Shown here in pieces: positions 28,494 through 37,983 of a DNA stretch of 37,983 bases; position 1 is the first letter of the stretch, and each line of letters opens with the position of its first letter. Below the pieces are notes generated by a model, which did no database searches, had not been told where the DNA came from, and was given only the letters and a program-made list of their open reading frames with translations. The DNA is from an uncultured bacterium (GTDB taxonomy: Bacteria > Ratteibacteria > UBA8468 > B48-G9 > JAFGKM01). The position numbers were made by a program, and so were the translations under genes. Location of the stretch: contig CAYOYL010000036.1 in assembly GCA_964408175.1 (NCBI GenBank), forward strand, positions 1 through 37,983, read 5' to 3'.

Positions 28494-29195
28494 TTACACG
28501 CTTTTTGTAGCACTGACATTTATTCCACCTATCGGAATTAGACAGTTTTCTATTCCTTTTTTTTCTATATCCTCAAGAGTAAAACTCTCATCTAACCTGT
28601 AATCTCCCACCCTCGTTCTTTTCAATTCTGTTTGGGTACCTCCGCATCCGAGTGCATTTCCTATATCCCTGCATAACGCTCTTATGTATGTCCCCTTTGA
28701 ACATACCACCCGGAAATCTATAAAAGGTATTTGCAGACTCAATATCTCTATTTCTCTAATAAAAACTTTTCTTTGACAGGGAGCGACTACCACCCCCTGT
28801 CTGTGTAGTTTATAAAGGGGCTTCCCTTTATGCTTAATGGCAGATACCACAGGTGGAACCTGCTCAATATCACCGATAAAACTGTTGATAACTCTTTTTA
28901 CCTCTGTTTCATCAACATTAACAGGCTCTTTTTTTATTATTTCTCCTTTAATATCATCCGTATCTGTTATCACCCCGAGCAGCATTCTTGCTACGTATTC
29001 TTTTTCCATTCTCATAAAAGTGGAACTGAGTCTGGTTGCTTTGCCCAGACATACTATGAGTAAGCCCGAGGCAAGCGGGTCAAGGGTTCCCGCATGACCT
29101 ATCTTATCCTGCAAACGGAAGGTCCTCTTGAAAAATCTTATCACATCGTAGGATGTAATTCCCTTGGGTTTGTTTACGATTACTACTCCATTCAT
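28494..29195 (-). CDS. truB: tRNA pseudouridine(55) synthase, short form lacking most of the C-terminal domain
   Basis: NKPKGITS, GHAGTLDPLASG and CSKGTYIRAL. Confidence 0.96.
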   Translation of the reverse strand: MNGVVIVNKPKGITSYDVIRFFKRTFRLQDKIGHAGTLDPLASGLLIVCLGKATRLSSTFMRMEKEYVARMLLGVITDTDDIKGEIIKKEPVNVDETEVKRVINSFIGDIEQVPPVVSAIKHKGKPLYKLHRQGVVVAPCQRKVFIREIEILSLQIPFIDFRVVCSKGTYIRALCRDIGNALGCGGTQTELKRTRVGDYRLDESFTLEDIEKKGIENCLIPIGGINVSATKSV

Positions 29196-29241
29196 CTTTT
29201 GTTACCCCTCCATCCTGATTCCCCACCCGAGAAAGAAGAAC

Positions 29242-30237
29242 CTAAGAGGTGGACCTGCGAATAGCAGCAAGTATCTTCTTTTCTGCCTGTTCAATCGTAA
29301 CGTTTTCAAAATAACACCCTGCCGCTTTTTTATGTCCGCCGCCACCAAACTCAGCCGCTATTCTCTCCACGTCAAAATTCCCCTTGCTTCTGAGGCTGGC
29401 CTTAATCCTGTCTTTCCCTTCTTTCAGCAAAAAAACAATGCCTGCCTCTTTAATCTTTATAAGAATATCTATAAAACCTTCAGTGTCCTCCTCTTTCGTT
29501 CCTGTACTGCGGTACATATCTTTATCCACCTTCATCCAGCAGACCTTTTCCTGTCTGTTAAACTGCAGGCTGTTCAGAGATAAAGAAAGTAGTTTAACCG
29601 ACCTCAGTGGCCTTTCACAATAGACTTTTCTTGCAATCTCTTCAGGTTCAGCTCCTGAGGCAACCAGATTTTGAACAACATTCATTGTATGCTGGCTGAT
29701 GTTATGGACGAAGCCACCCGTATCGGTAAGTACAGCAGTGTAGAGACAGTTTGCTTCTTTCTTTGTAAGTGTTCTTCCGTCAAAAGAAAGTATGAAATAT
29801 ACCATCTCGCCTGTTGCTGAAAATCTGTGGTTAATCCAGTTTATATTCGCAAATCCTGAGTTAGAAAAATGGTGGTCAATATTGATAATAAACTCCGCCT
29901 TTTTTATCAGGCTGAAAACCTTCCCTGTCCGCTCCGGGGAACCACAGTCAATTACAATACTCACATCAGGCTTTATTTCGGCATCAACAACCTCACCACA
30001 AAGCTTAACCTTTCTTGTATAAGGCAAAAATCTGTATATGGCAGGTGTTCTATCCTGATTAACAATTACCACTTCTTTCCCCATAGCCCTTAACATATCA
30101 TACAGTGCCAGTTCACTACCTATGGCATCACCATCAAGGTTACGGTGGGTTGTTAAAAGAAATTTTTCCTCTCTGTTCAGAACGGATAATATCTCCTGAA
30201 CTTTTTCCCTATCATCTGGATGTAGTTGCATCTCCAT
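29242..30237 (-). CDS. nrnA: DHH/DHHA1 bifunctional oligoribonuclease/pAp phosphatase
   Basis: HRNLDGD, IDHH, TDTG, SLRS and GGGGHKKAAG. SD AGGAGG. Confidence 0.92.
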   Translation of the reverse strand: MEMQLHPDDREKVQEILSVLNREEKFLLTTHRNLDGDAIGSELALYDMLRAMGKEVVIVNQDRTPAIYRFLPYTRKVKLCGEVVDAEIKPDVSIVIDCGSPERTGKVFSLIKKAEFIINIDHHFSNSGFANINWINHRFSATGEMVYFILSFDGRTLTKKEANCLYTAVLTDTGGFVHNISQHTMNVVQNLVASGAEPEEIARKVYCERPLRSVKLLSLSLNSLQFNRQEKVCWMKVDKDMYRSTGTKEEDTEGFIDILIKIKEAGIVFLLKEGKDRIKASLRSKGNFDVERIAAEFGGGGHKKAAGCYFENVTIEQAEKKILAAIRRSTS

Positions 30238-31336
30238 ACAAGAGCCTCCTTATAGATTCTTTTAACTCACCAATCCCTTCACCTGTGAGAGCAGAAGCGA
30301 ACAGCCCGTTAGGATTATCACTTTTAATTATGGATAATTCTTCAGGGCTCAGCAGGTCTATCTTGTTAAAAACATCTATATGAGGTTTTTCTTCCACCTC
30401 CAGTATTCTAAAAACCTCTGACATGGTATCTCTCTGCCTTCCCATACTGAATGCAGAACTGTCATATAAACAAATAATAAGGTCACTGAACCCCACCTCC
30501 TCAAGCGTTGACTTAAATGCCTCTATCATATGATGAGGTATATTATATAACAGCCCTACTGTATCACTTATCAGGCATAACCTGTTTTCTCCGACATAAA
30601 CAGCCCTCGTTGCAGGGTCAAGAGTTGAAAACAACTTGTTTTCCACCAGCAGATTTGCGGCACTCAGTTTATTTAAAAGACTGCTTTTACCTACGTTTGT
30701 ATATCCAAGCAGGGTGACAAGCGGAAAGTTCTTTCTTTTCCTTGAATTTCGTATGACCTCTCTGTGCTTTTCCACATCTTTCATTTCTTCTTTCAGTCGG
30801 TATATTCTGTCCTTGATTCTCCTTCTGTAAACCTCAAGTTTCATCTCCCCAGGACCTTTGGTCTCCAGTCCTCCCCCAACCCTTGAAAGAGATATACCAT
30901 ATCCTGTCAGCCTCGGAAGGAGATAAGAAAGACGTGCAAGTTCAACCTGTATTTTTCCTTCCTTGGACTTTGCGTGCTCGCCAAAGATATGCAGTATAAG
31001 TTCTGTTCTGTCTATAACCCGTACACCTAATATCTCCTCCAGATTTCTCTGTTGAATAGGGGTAAGTTCTATGCCGAAGATAACGAAGGAAGGTTTTTCT
31101 CTATCTGAATGCTCTTTTATTTCCTGAACCCTTCCCTTTCCTATGTATGTTGCAGGATGAATAACGGTTGGTTTGTAGACGAAACCTTTAACGACCTTGA
31201 GTTTGAGGGTTTTACACAAAAATTCAAGTTCTTTTATAGACTCTTCCGTATCACTTTCTTCTCTTTCCCTGAATCCAATAAGAACTGCTTTCCTGCCTGC
31301 GAAACTCTGCTCTGCAACCTCTTTTAGTCTCTTCAC
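30212..31336 (-). CDS. hflX: ribosome-splitting GTPase HflX
   Basis: ELTPIQQRNLE, IDRTELIL, KGPGE, GYTNVGKS, LFSTLD, DTVG and NKID. Confidence 0.96.
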   Translation of the reverse strand: MKRLKEVAEQSFAGRKAVLIGFREREESDTEESIKELEFLCKTLKLKVVKGFVYKPTVIHPATYIGKGRVQEIKEHSDREKPSFVIFGIELTPIQQRNLEEILGVRVIDRTELILHIFGEHAKSKEGKIQVELARLSYLLPRLTGYGISLSRVGGGLETKGPGEMKLEVYRRRIKDRIYRLKEEMKDVEKHREVIRNSRKRKNFPLVTLLGYTNVGKSSLLNKLSAANLLVENKLFSTLDPATRAVYVGENRLCLISDTVGLLYNIPHHMIEAFKSTLEEVGFSDLIICLYDSSAFSMGRQRDTMSEVFRILEVEEKPHIDVFNKIDLLSPEELSIIKSDNPNGLFASALTGEGIGELKESIRRLLYGDATTSR

Positions 31337-31647
31337 TTTTGTATTATACTTGCCACCTTCAAAGTCATCAATCTATCTCTATGACCATACCCCTTTTTAT
31401 AACCGGTCTTCGGTTTTTTCTTAAAAGAGTATATCTTTTGGCCTTTTCGCTCACTCAGGATATCACAGACAACCTTAATACCTTTAAGTTTTTTCTCATC
31501 AACAATAATATTATCCCCATCAATACAACATACAGGGCTGAGCTCCACCTTATCCCCGACCTTTTTACCTTTAAGTCTAAACGTGCAAAATTCCATCCCT
31601 TCAGTAACCCGTATCTGCTTACCGCTCATTTCAACAAATGCATCCAT
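31333..31647 (-). CDS. rplU: 50S ribosomal protein L21
   Basis: SGKQIRV and KGQKIYSFKKKPKTGYKKGYGHR. SD GGAGG then ATG 31647. Confidence 0.9.
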   Translation of the reverse strand: MDAFVEMSGKQIRVTEGMEFCTFRLKGKKVGDKVELSPVCCIDGDNIIVDEKKLKGIKVVCDILSERKGQKIYSFKKKPKTGYKKGYGHRDRLMTLKVASIIQK

Positions 31648-31697
31648 TGTTCCTCCCATCATTCCTCTTTAATCCTCCATGCCCCATTTCACCACTC

Positions 31698-31816
31698 TCC
31701 TCTCCCCTTGGGGGAGAGGATTAAGGTGAGGGGTACTTTTATACCTTGCCCCCTTTGGAAAAGGGGTCTCCTCTCACTCTCTCCCCCTTTGAAAAAGGGG
31801 GATTAAGGGGGATTTA
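31698..31816 (+). repeat. cluster of three REP-like palindromic units
   Basis: TCCTCTCCCC-TTG-GGGGAGAGGA-TTAAGGTGAGGGG (31698-31733), CCCCCTTTGGAAAAGGGG (31749-31766) and TCCCCCTTTGAAAAAGGGGGATTAAGGGGGATTTA (31782-31816). Confidence 0.8.
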
Positions 31817-31822
31817 AGGTAA

Positions 31823-34519
31823 CTATTTAGCCTGCAAAAATTCTATATCCTTTTCAAGGTTGTCTATAGACTCTTTGAGTTGTCGCTGTTTTTCTCTTTC
31901 CTTCTCTTTCACATCTTCGGGTGCCTTTTTTTCAAACTCGGGGTTACGCAACTTCTTCTCAATCTTTTCCAGATACCCTTTCAGTTTCTCCTGCTCTCTA
32001 AAGAGTTTACTCAGTTCCTGCGAAATGTCTATTATACCCTTAAATGACACTCCAAGTCTACCCTGTTGAAGGTTTTTTATCAGGATATTTTCGGCATCCT
32101 GCGGCAGAGCATCAAAAGAGAAAAAATTCCCCACCCCAGCCAGTCTTGATATGAGACCGCTAAATAATCCCTCAGGCACCTTGTCAAAATAGCAATCAAT
32201 TGGTTTCACAATCGGGATAGAAAACCTTGTCTTTATATCCCTTATCGTTGTTACAACCTCAATAATACTTTCCATGCTCTTTCTCTCTCTTTCTTCTTTT
32301 CCCTTCTCTATCCGTGGAAGAAGGGCAGCAGGCCAATCACTCATCATAATACTCTCCGCTCCGACAACACAGTAGTTAGAAAAAATCTGCCATATCCTTT
32401 CCGTGACAAACGGGATGAACGGATGCAGCATCTTCATTACCGTCAGGTGTACGTAAAAAAGTAAGGGCACAACCTTTTCCTTAAAATACCCTGTGTATTG
32501 TTCTTGATAAACCTTGGATATCTCAAGGTACCAGTCGCAAAAAGTATGCCAGAAAAAGTCATACAATGAATTCAGGGCCTCATTCAAACGAAAAGAATCA
32601 AGTGCTCCTGTCACCTTTATAATAAGACTGTCAAGTTCTGATAGAATCCACAACTCAGGAAATTTTAGACCTTCAAAATTTTCTGGTAACTCAACCCTTT
32701 CCACCCCTGCCTTTTCTGCTCCGGAAGATATAAATCTGGAGGCATTCCACACCTTGTTCATAAAATTTCTCCCCTTGATATAAAAGGTGGGAGAAAGAAA
32801 AACATCCTGTCCGGATGCAGTCATAGAAATCAAACTGAATCTCAAACTGTCAGCCCCATAGTCTTCAATAATCTTTACAGGGTCTATCACATTACCGAGA
32901 GACTTGCTCATCTTCCTGCCGGTCTTGTCTCTTACCGTACCGTGTATCAATATATTTTCAAATGGTTCTTTCCCTATAAATTCATATCCTGCCATTACCA
33001 TCCTTGCAACCCAGAAGAAAAGAATCTCCTGAGCGGTAACAAGTGTATCGGTAGGATAATATACCTCAATGTCCTCTGTTTTTTCAGGCCAGCCGAAGAC
33101 AGAAAACGGCCACAGCCAGGATGAAAACCAGGTGTCAAGAACATCCTGGTCCTGATAGATATCTTTACTTCCGCAGTAAGGGCAGGTTTCAGGTCTGTCC
33201 GCAGAAACAAAGACTCCACTCTGTTTACCATCCTTCGAACCTTTCTCTGCACATCTTCTGCAGTACCATACAGGAATCCTGTGTCCCCACCATATCTGCC
33301 TGCTTATGCACCAATCCTTGATATTGTACAACCAGTTCAGGTATACCTTCTTCCATCTCTCAGGATAGAACCTCAGAATATCGTCTTCTGCTGCTTTTAT
33401 CGCAGGTTCTGCAAGCGGCTGCATCTTCACAAACCACTGCGAGGAAAGATACGGCTCCACCACACTGCCGCACCTGTAGCAACGCCCTACCCTGTTTGCA
33501 TAAGGCTCAACTCTGGCAAGAAGACCCATCTTTTCCAGTTCTTTTACTATCTCCTCCCTGCACCTGAACCTGTCCAGTCCCTTAAACATACCTGCGTTTT
33601 CATTCATCACGCCTTCCTCGTCAATGACGGTAACAAAAGGAAGATTGTGCCTTTTGCCAATATCAAAATCCGCAGGGTCGTGGCTGGGAGTAACCTTTAC
33701 CGCCCCTGTCCCAAAATCCTTCTCAACCTTTTCATCCGCAATCACCGGAATGACTCTGTCAACAAAAGGCAGATTCACCTTCTGCCCCAGTACCTTTTTA
33801 TACCTCTTATCAACAGGATTTACGGCAACAGCAGTGTCACCGAGCATTGTCTCAGGCCTTGTCGTGGCAACCTCTATAAAACCGCCGCCGGTAAGTGGAT
33901 ACCTTATGTAATACAAAAATGATTTTTCATCTCTATACTCCACTTCCTCATCAGATAAGGCAGTACCACATCTTGGACACCAGTGAATGATTCGTTCTCC
34001 TTTATAAATAAGTCCTTTGTTGTAAAGGTGAACAAAAGCCTCGTTTACTGCACGGGACAGTTTTTCATCCATGGTAAATCTCTGCCTGGTCCAGTCACAG
34101 GATGCACCCAGTTTTTTCAACTGGAAGATTATCCGTTCGCCATACATATCCTTCCACTTCCACACCTCTTCAATAAACTTTTCCCTGCCGACCTCTTTTC
34201 TGCTATATTTTTTTTCAGCCAGCAGTTTTTTCTCAACGACGTTCTGGGTTGCTATACCGGCATGGTCGGTTCCTGGTATCCACAGTGCATTGAAACCCGC
34301 CATCCTCTTCCAACGTATAACAATATCCTGAATAGTATTGTTCAGGGCATGTCCCATATGCAAGAAACCTGTGATATTCGGGGGCGGAATCACAACAACA
34401 TATTTCTTTCTACCTTTCTTATGACCTGCGGTAGAAAAATAACCCTTTTTCTCCCAGAATTCATACATACGGTTTTCTATACCTCGGGAGTCATACTGAG
34501 GTGGGAATTTTTCTTCCAT
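31823..34519 (-). CDS. valS: valine--tRNA ligase
   Basis: PPPNITGFLHMGH, DHAGIATQ, WCISRQIWWGH, KMSKS and C-terminal coiled coil. Confidence 0.98.
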   Translation of the reverse strand: MEEKFPPQYDSRGIENRMYEFWEKKGYFSTAGHKKGRKKYVVVIPPPNITGFLHMGHALNNTIQDIVIRWKRMAGFNALWIPGTDHAGIATQNVVEKKLLAEKKYSRKEVGREKFIEEVWKWKDMYGERIIFQLKKLGASCDWTRQRFTMDEKLSRAVNEAFVHLYNKGLIYKGERIIHWCPRCGTALSDEEVEYRDEKSFLYYIRYPLTGGGFIEVATTRPETMLGDTAVAVNPVDKRYKKVLGQKVNLPFVDRVIPVIADEKVEKDFGTGAVKVTPSHDPADFDIGKRHNLPFVTVIDEEGVMNENAGMFKGLDRFRCREEIVKELEKMGLLARVEPYANRVGRCYRCGSVVEPYLSSQWFVKMQPLAEPAIKAAEDDILRFYPERWKKVYLNWLYNIKDWCISRQIWWGHRIPVWYCRRCAEKGSKDGKQSGVFVSADRPETCPYCGSKDIYQDQDVLDTWFSSWLWPFSVFGWPEKTEDIEVYYPTDTLVTAQEILFFWVARMVMAGYEFIGKEPFENILIHGTVRDKTGRKMSKSLGNVIDPVKIIEDYGADSLRFSLISMTASGQDVFLSPTFYIKGRNFMNKVWNASRFISSGAEKAGVERVELPENFEGLKFPELWILSELDSLIIKVTGALDSFRLNEALNSLYDFFWHTFCDWYLEISKVYQEQYTGYFKEKVVPLLFYVHLTVMKMLHPFIPFVTERIWQIFSNYCVVGAESIMMSDWPAALLPRIEKGKEERERKSMESIIEVVTTIRDIKTRFSIPIVKPIDCYFDKVPEGLFSGLISRLAGVGNFFSFDALPQDAENILIKNLQQGRLGVSFKGIIDISQELSKLFREQEKLKGYLEKIEKKLRNPEFEKKAPEDVKEKEREKQRQLKESIDNLEKDIEFLQAK

Positions 34520-34530
34520 TCTCTTTCCTG

Positions 34531-34830
34531 TTACATCTGAGGCTTCATCACCTGAGATATGGCGTTTCTTAGATAGTCTATCTTCACTCCATCTTTAAAC
34601 TCAATGGTTACAACGTTATCCTTAATCTTATTTACCACACCCATTGCTCCGCCGACAGTTACGATTTTATCTCCTTCTTTCAGTTCATCCAGCATCTTTT
34701 TATGCACCTTCTGTTTCCTCTGCTGCGGCAGAATTAAAAGAAAGTAAAAGACAAAAAATATCAGAATCAGCGGTAATAGAGCGCTTATTGCTGAACCTGC
34801 CTGAGCCGGTTGTGCCTGTGCAAATATCAT
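34531..34830 (-). CDS. yajC: preprotein translocase subunit YajC
   Basis: FYFLLILPQQRKQK...LKEGDKIVTVGG, downstream of tgt. Confidence 0.93.
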   Translation of the reverse strand: MIFAQAQPAQAGSAISALLPLILIFFVFYFLLILPQQRKQKVHKKMLDELKEGDKIVTVGGAMGVVNKIKDNVVTIEFKDGVKIDYLRNAISQVMKPQM

Positions 34831-34851
34831 ATATAGCCTCCCTTTTTAATC

Positions 34852-35982
<1,131 letters not shown>

Positions 35983-36039
35983 TTATAAATGGGGACTGAC
36001 TCCTAATGTTTTCTATGAGGTGCCTGTTCCCATTTATAA
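35983..36039. repeat. 22-bp imperfect inverted repeat (REP/REPIN-like)
   Basis: TTATAAATGGGGACTGACTCCT (35983-36004) and AGGTGCCTGTTCCCATTTATAA (36018-36039), 18/22 complementary. Confidence 0.7.
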
Positions 36040-36059
36040 AAAGTAGATTGCCCCCTTTT

Positions 36060-37070
36060 TCAGATTATCAGCATAGAATCACCGTAGGAATAAAACCTGT
36101 ATTTTTTATCCACTGCAATCTTGTAGGCATTTTCCGCTATATCAATGCCTGTAAATGCACACAACAGATACAGGTGCGTTGAACCCGGAAGGTGGAAATT
36201 TGTTATCAGGTGGTCAACTATATGAAATACAAACCCTTTCTTTATAAACAGTTTTGTATATCCCGACTTCGGTACAACCTTCCCTTTATCCACTGCACTC
36301 TCCAGGGTTCTTACAACACTTGTCCCGCAGGCAAAAACTCTTCCTCCTGACTCTTTCGCAGAATTTATAATATTGGCGGTCTCTTCAGGAACCTCCATAT
36401 ACTCCTCTCCAACCGTATTTCTGTTGCCTCTTAACATTTTAAAAGAGGCCCATCCGATATGCAGTGTGACACAGACAATCTTTACACCCTTATCTTCAAT
36501 CCTTTTTAATATACTTTCTGTAAAATGCAGTCCGGCGGTAGGAGCTGCCACTGCCCCTTCTTTATTCGCATAAACAGTCTGGTAAAAATCTTTGTCTCTG
36601 TCAGTGGGACTTCTCTTTATATATGGCGGCAATGGCGTCTCTCCAAACCTGAATATCCTCTCTACACTGTCAGTATGAAATTCAGCGATGTAACTACCTG
36701 ACTCTGTTCTCTGTATCATCTTCACACCCTCTGAGTCTCCATCTTTTTCAATCCGGCAGGTCTGCCCTACCCTTACATTTCCACGCAGAAGAACCTCCCA
36801 CCTGTAAGGCTCAGTTTTCTTCAACAGGAATATTTCAACCCTTCCCCCTGTCTCCTTTTTCCCCTTCAGCCTTGCAGGTATAACACGCGTGTCATTCAAA
36901 ATCAGAACATCACCACCATTGAAATAATTCTCTATATTGCTGAAAACATCTTCCTCTATCTTCTTCTCTCCCCTGTGCAGAACCATCATACGTGCCTTTT
37001 CTCTCTCCATCAGAGGATACTGTGCTATCAACTCCTTCGGAAGGTTGTAGTTGAAGGTCTCTCCCATCAT
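36060..37070 (-). CDS. queA: S-adenosylmethionine:tRNA ribosyltransferase-isomerase
   Basis: LIAQYP, NDTRVIPARL, PLPPYI, AAPTAGLHF, TNFHLPGST and YRFYSYGDSMLI. Confidence 0.97.
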   Translation of the reverse strand: MMGETFNYNLPKELIAQYPLMEREKARMMVLHRGEKKIEEDVFSNIENYFNGGDVLILNDTRVIPARLKGKKETGGRVEIFLLKKTEPYRWEVLLRGNVRVGQTCRIEKDGDSEGVKMIQRTESGSYIAEFHTDSVERIFRFGETPLPPYIKRSPTDRDKDFYQTVYANKEGAVAAPTAGLHFTESILKRIEDKGVKIVCVTLHIGWASFKMLRGNRNTVGEEYMEVPEETANIINSAKESGGRVFACGTSVVRTLESAVDKGKVVPKSGYTKLFIKKGFVFHIVDHLITNFHLPGSTHLYLLCAFTGIDIAENAYKIAVDKKYRFYSYGDSMLII

Positions 37071-37983
37071 TCCATTTCCTTCTCAAAGACAACTATCGTG
37101 GGATTAAGATATATCAGGTCTTCAGGTAAAATATCCGTCCTGAAGGTAAATCCAAGGAACTGCGGAAACTTTTGAAATCTCTTCTTCTCTCTATAAAGTT
37201 CTGAAGTTCTGAACTCTTCCCAGAAATCGACGCGTTCCTTCTGTAACCTCAATGGATATGGAGGCAATTGGGCTTGATAAGAGGATAAAATAAAATAATC
37301 CGGTTTTCTTTCTTCTGCTTTATCAAAATCATACCCTGTCACAACCACATTATACCTGTAATAGTCAAAGGGCGGCATCTGAAACTGCCAGGGCACCTCA
37401 GTCACCCCGATACTGCTTCCTGCAGGAATGTTATCCTTAATCCACACTCCCGCTTCAGTTCGGATATTTTCCTTTATAAAAAGCGTCTTGTAACTCATCC
37501 CGTAAACAAAAGTCCATAATATTGTGAGAATAAAGCCAATAGATAAAACTCTCTTGAGAGGAAGACGCATCTTTTCATAAATACCAAACCACCCAATACA
37601 TCCAAGTATAATCAGTGACGGAACCGCAGGCAGGATATACCTGGCAAAGGTTTTTGCGAAGAGAGAGATAAACAGAAAAAAGAAAAGCGTCCACGATAAA
37701 AGTAAGACAGTCGTTTTTCTCTGAAATCCATTTTGCCTTTTCATCAGAATAGACGCATTAACAATACCTGTGAGGCAGAAGAGAAACAAGAACATTCCGA
37801 GTCCATGAAACAAAGATATTAGGTAAAAACCACCGCTGAATACCCGTCTCGTATGCTGGCCAAGTTCAATCAGGGGAGCAGGAAAAGTAATAAAAAAATA
37901 CGGATTGGTCACGAAAAATGCAACAAAAAATCCTGCAAATGCAATGGTACTTCCCTTAATGAAATCTTTCCAGTTGCGAAAAA
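37067..37983 (-). CDS. C-terminal part of an integral membrane GT-C (PMT/ArnT-like) glycosyltransferase-like protein; 5' end beyond window
   Basis: The frame stays open to the window edge (FRNWKDFIKG...FFVTNPY). Several TM segments, FARYILPAVP and R-x-x-A-x-x-WIKDNIPAGS. Confidence 0.65.
   Translation of the reverse strand, partial: FRNWKDFIKGSTIAFAGFFVAFFVTNPYFFITFPAPLIELGQHTRRVFSGGFYLISLFHGLGMFLFLFCLTGIVNASILMKRQNGFQRKTTVLLLSWTLFFFLFISLFAKTFARYILPAVPSLIILGCIGWFGIYEKMRLPLKRVLSIGFILTILWTFVYGMSYKTLFIKENIRTEAGVWIKDNIPAGSSIGVTEVPWQFQMPPFDYYRYNVVVTGYDFDKAEERKPDYFILSSYQAQLPPYPLRLQKERVDFWEEFRTSELYREKKRFQKFPQFLGFTFRTDILPEDLIYLNPTIVVFEKEME

Noticed and set aside
31339-31806. 155-aa + strand ORF ending PLPLGERIKVRG...SPPLKKGD
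   Set aside because: It is antisense to rplU, and its tail is simply the translation of the REP-like repeats.
31698-31816. Possible degenerate CRISPR array
   Set aside because: Units are non-identical, spacers are only ~15 nt, and no cas genes are present.

Overview
AT-rich (roughly 40% GC by eye) bacterial chromosome window, densely coding and mostly housekeeping: rex, a LonC-like protease, era, murG-murC, topA, a divergent hisA, cimA, nfeD, a LOG-family gene, a sulfatase, a phosphohexomutase, truB, nrnA, hflX, rplU, valS, yajC, tgt and queA, plus a partial membrane glycosyltransferase-like gene at the right edge. The gene content (DUF6785/DUF6784-like permease, DUF5060-like glycoside hydrolase, exported HEAT proteins) suggests an uncultured PVC/Omnitrophota-like lineage, but this is inference only. 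I saw no rRNA, tRNA, CRISPR array, transposase, integrase or recognisable defence system. The least explained region is the first 1.25 kb. It holds the 3' part of a rod-shaped, 6S-like RNA at the edge, a near-consensus sigma70 promoter, a ~255-nt leader with five consecutive G.U-containing stems, and an exported hypothetical gene that continues in the -1 frame across a C_CCA_AAA heptamer. Other leads are an apparent operon of exported scaffold proteins (HEAT+CBM9-like, TPR+CsgG-like+beta-propeller) facing a multidomain glycoside hydrolase, REP-like palindromes at three loci, a probably leaderless murG, and several broken conserved gene neighbourhoods. All family calls come from motif recognition by eye; no database search was run.
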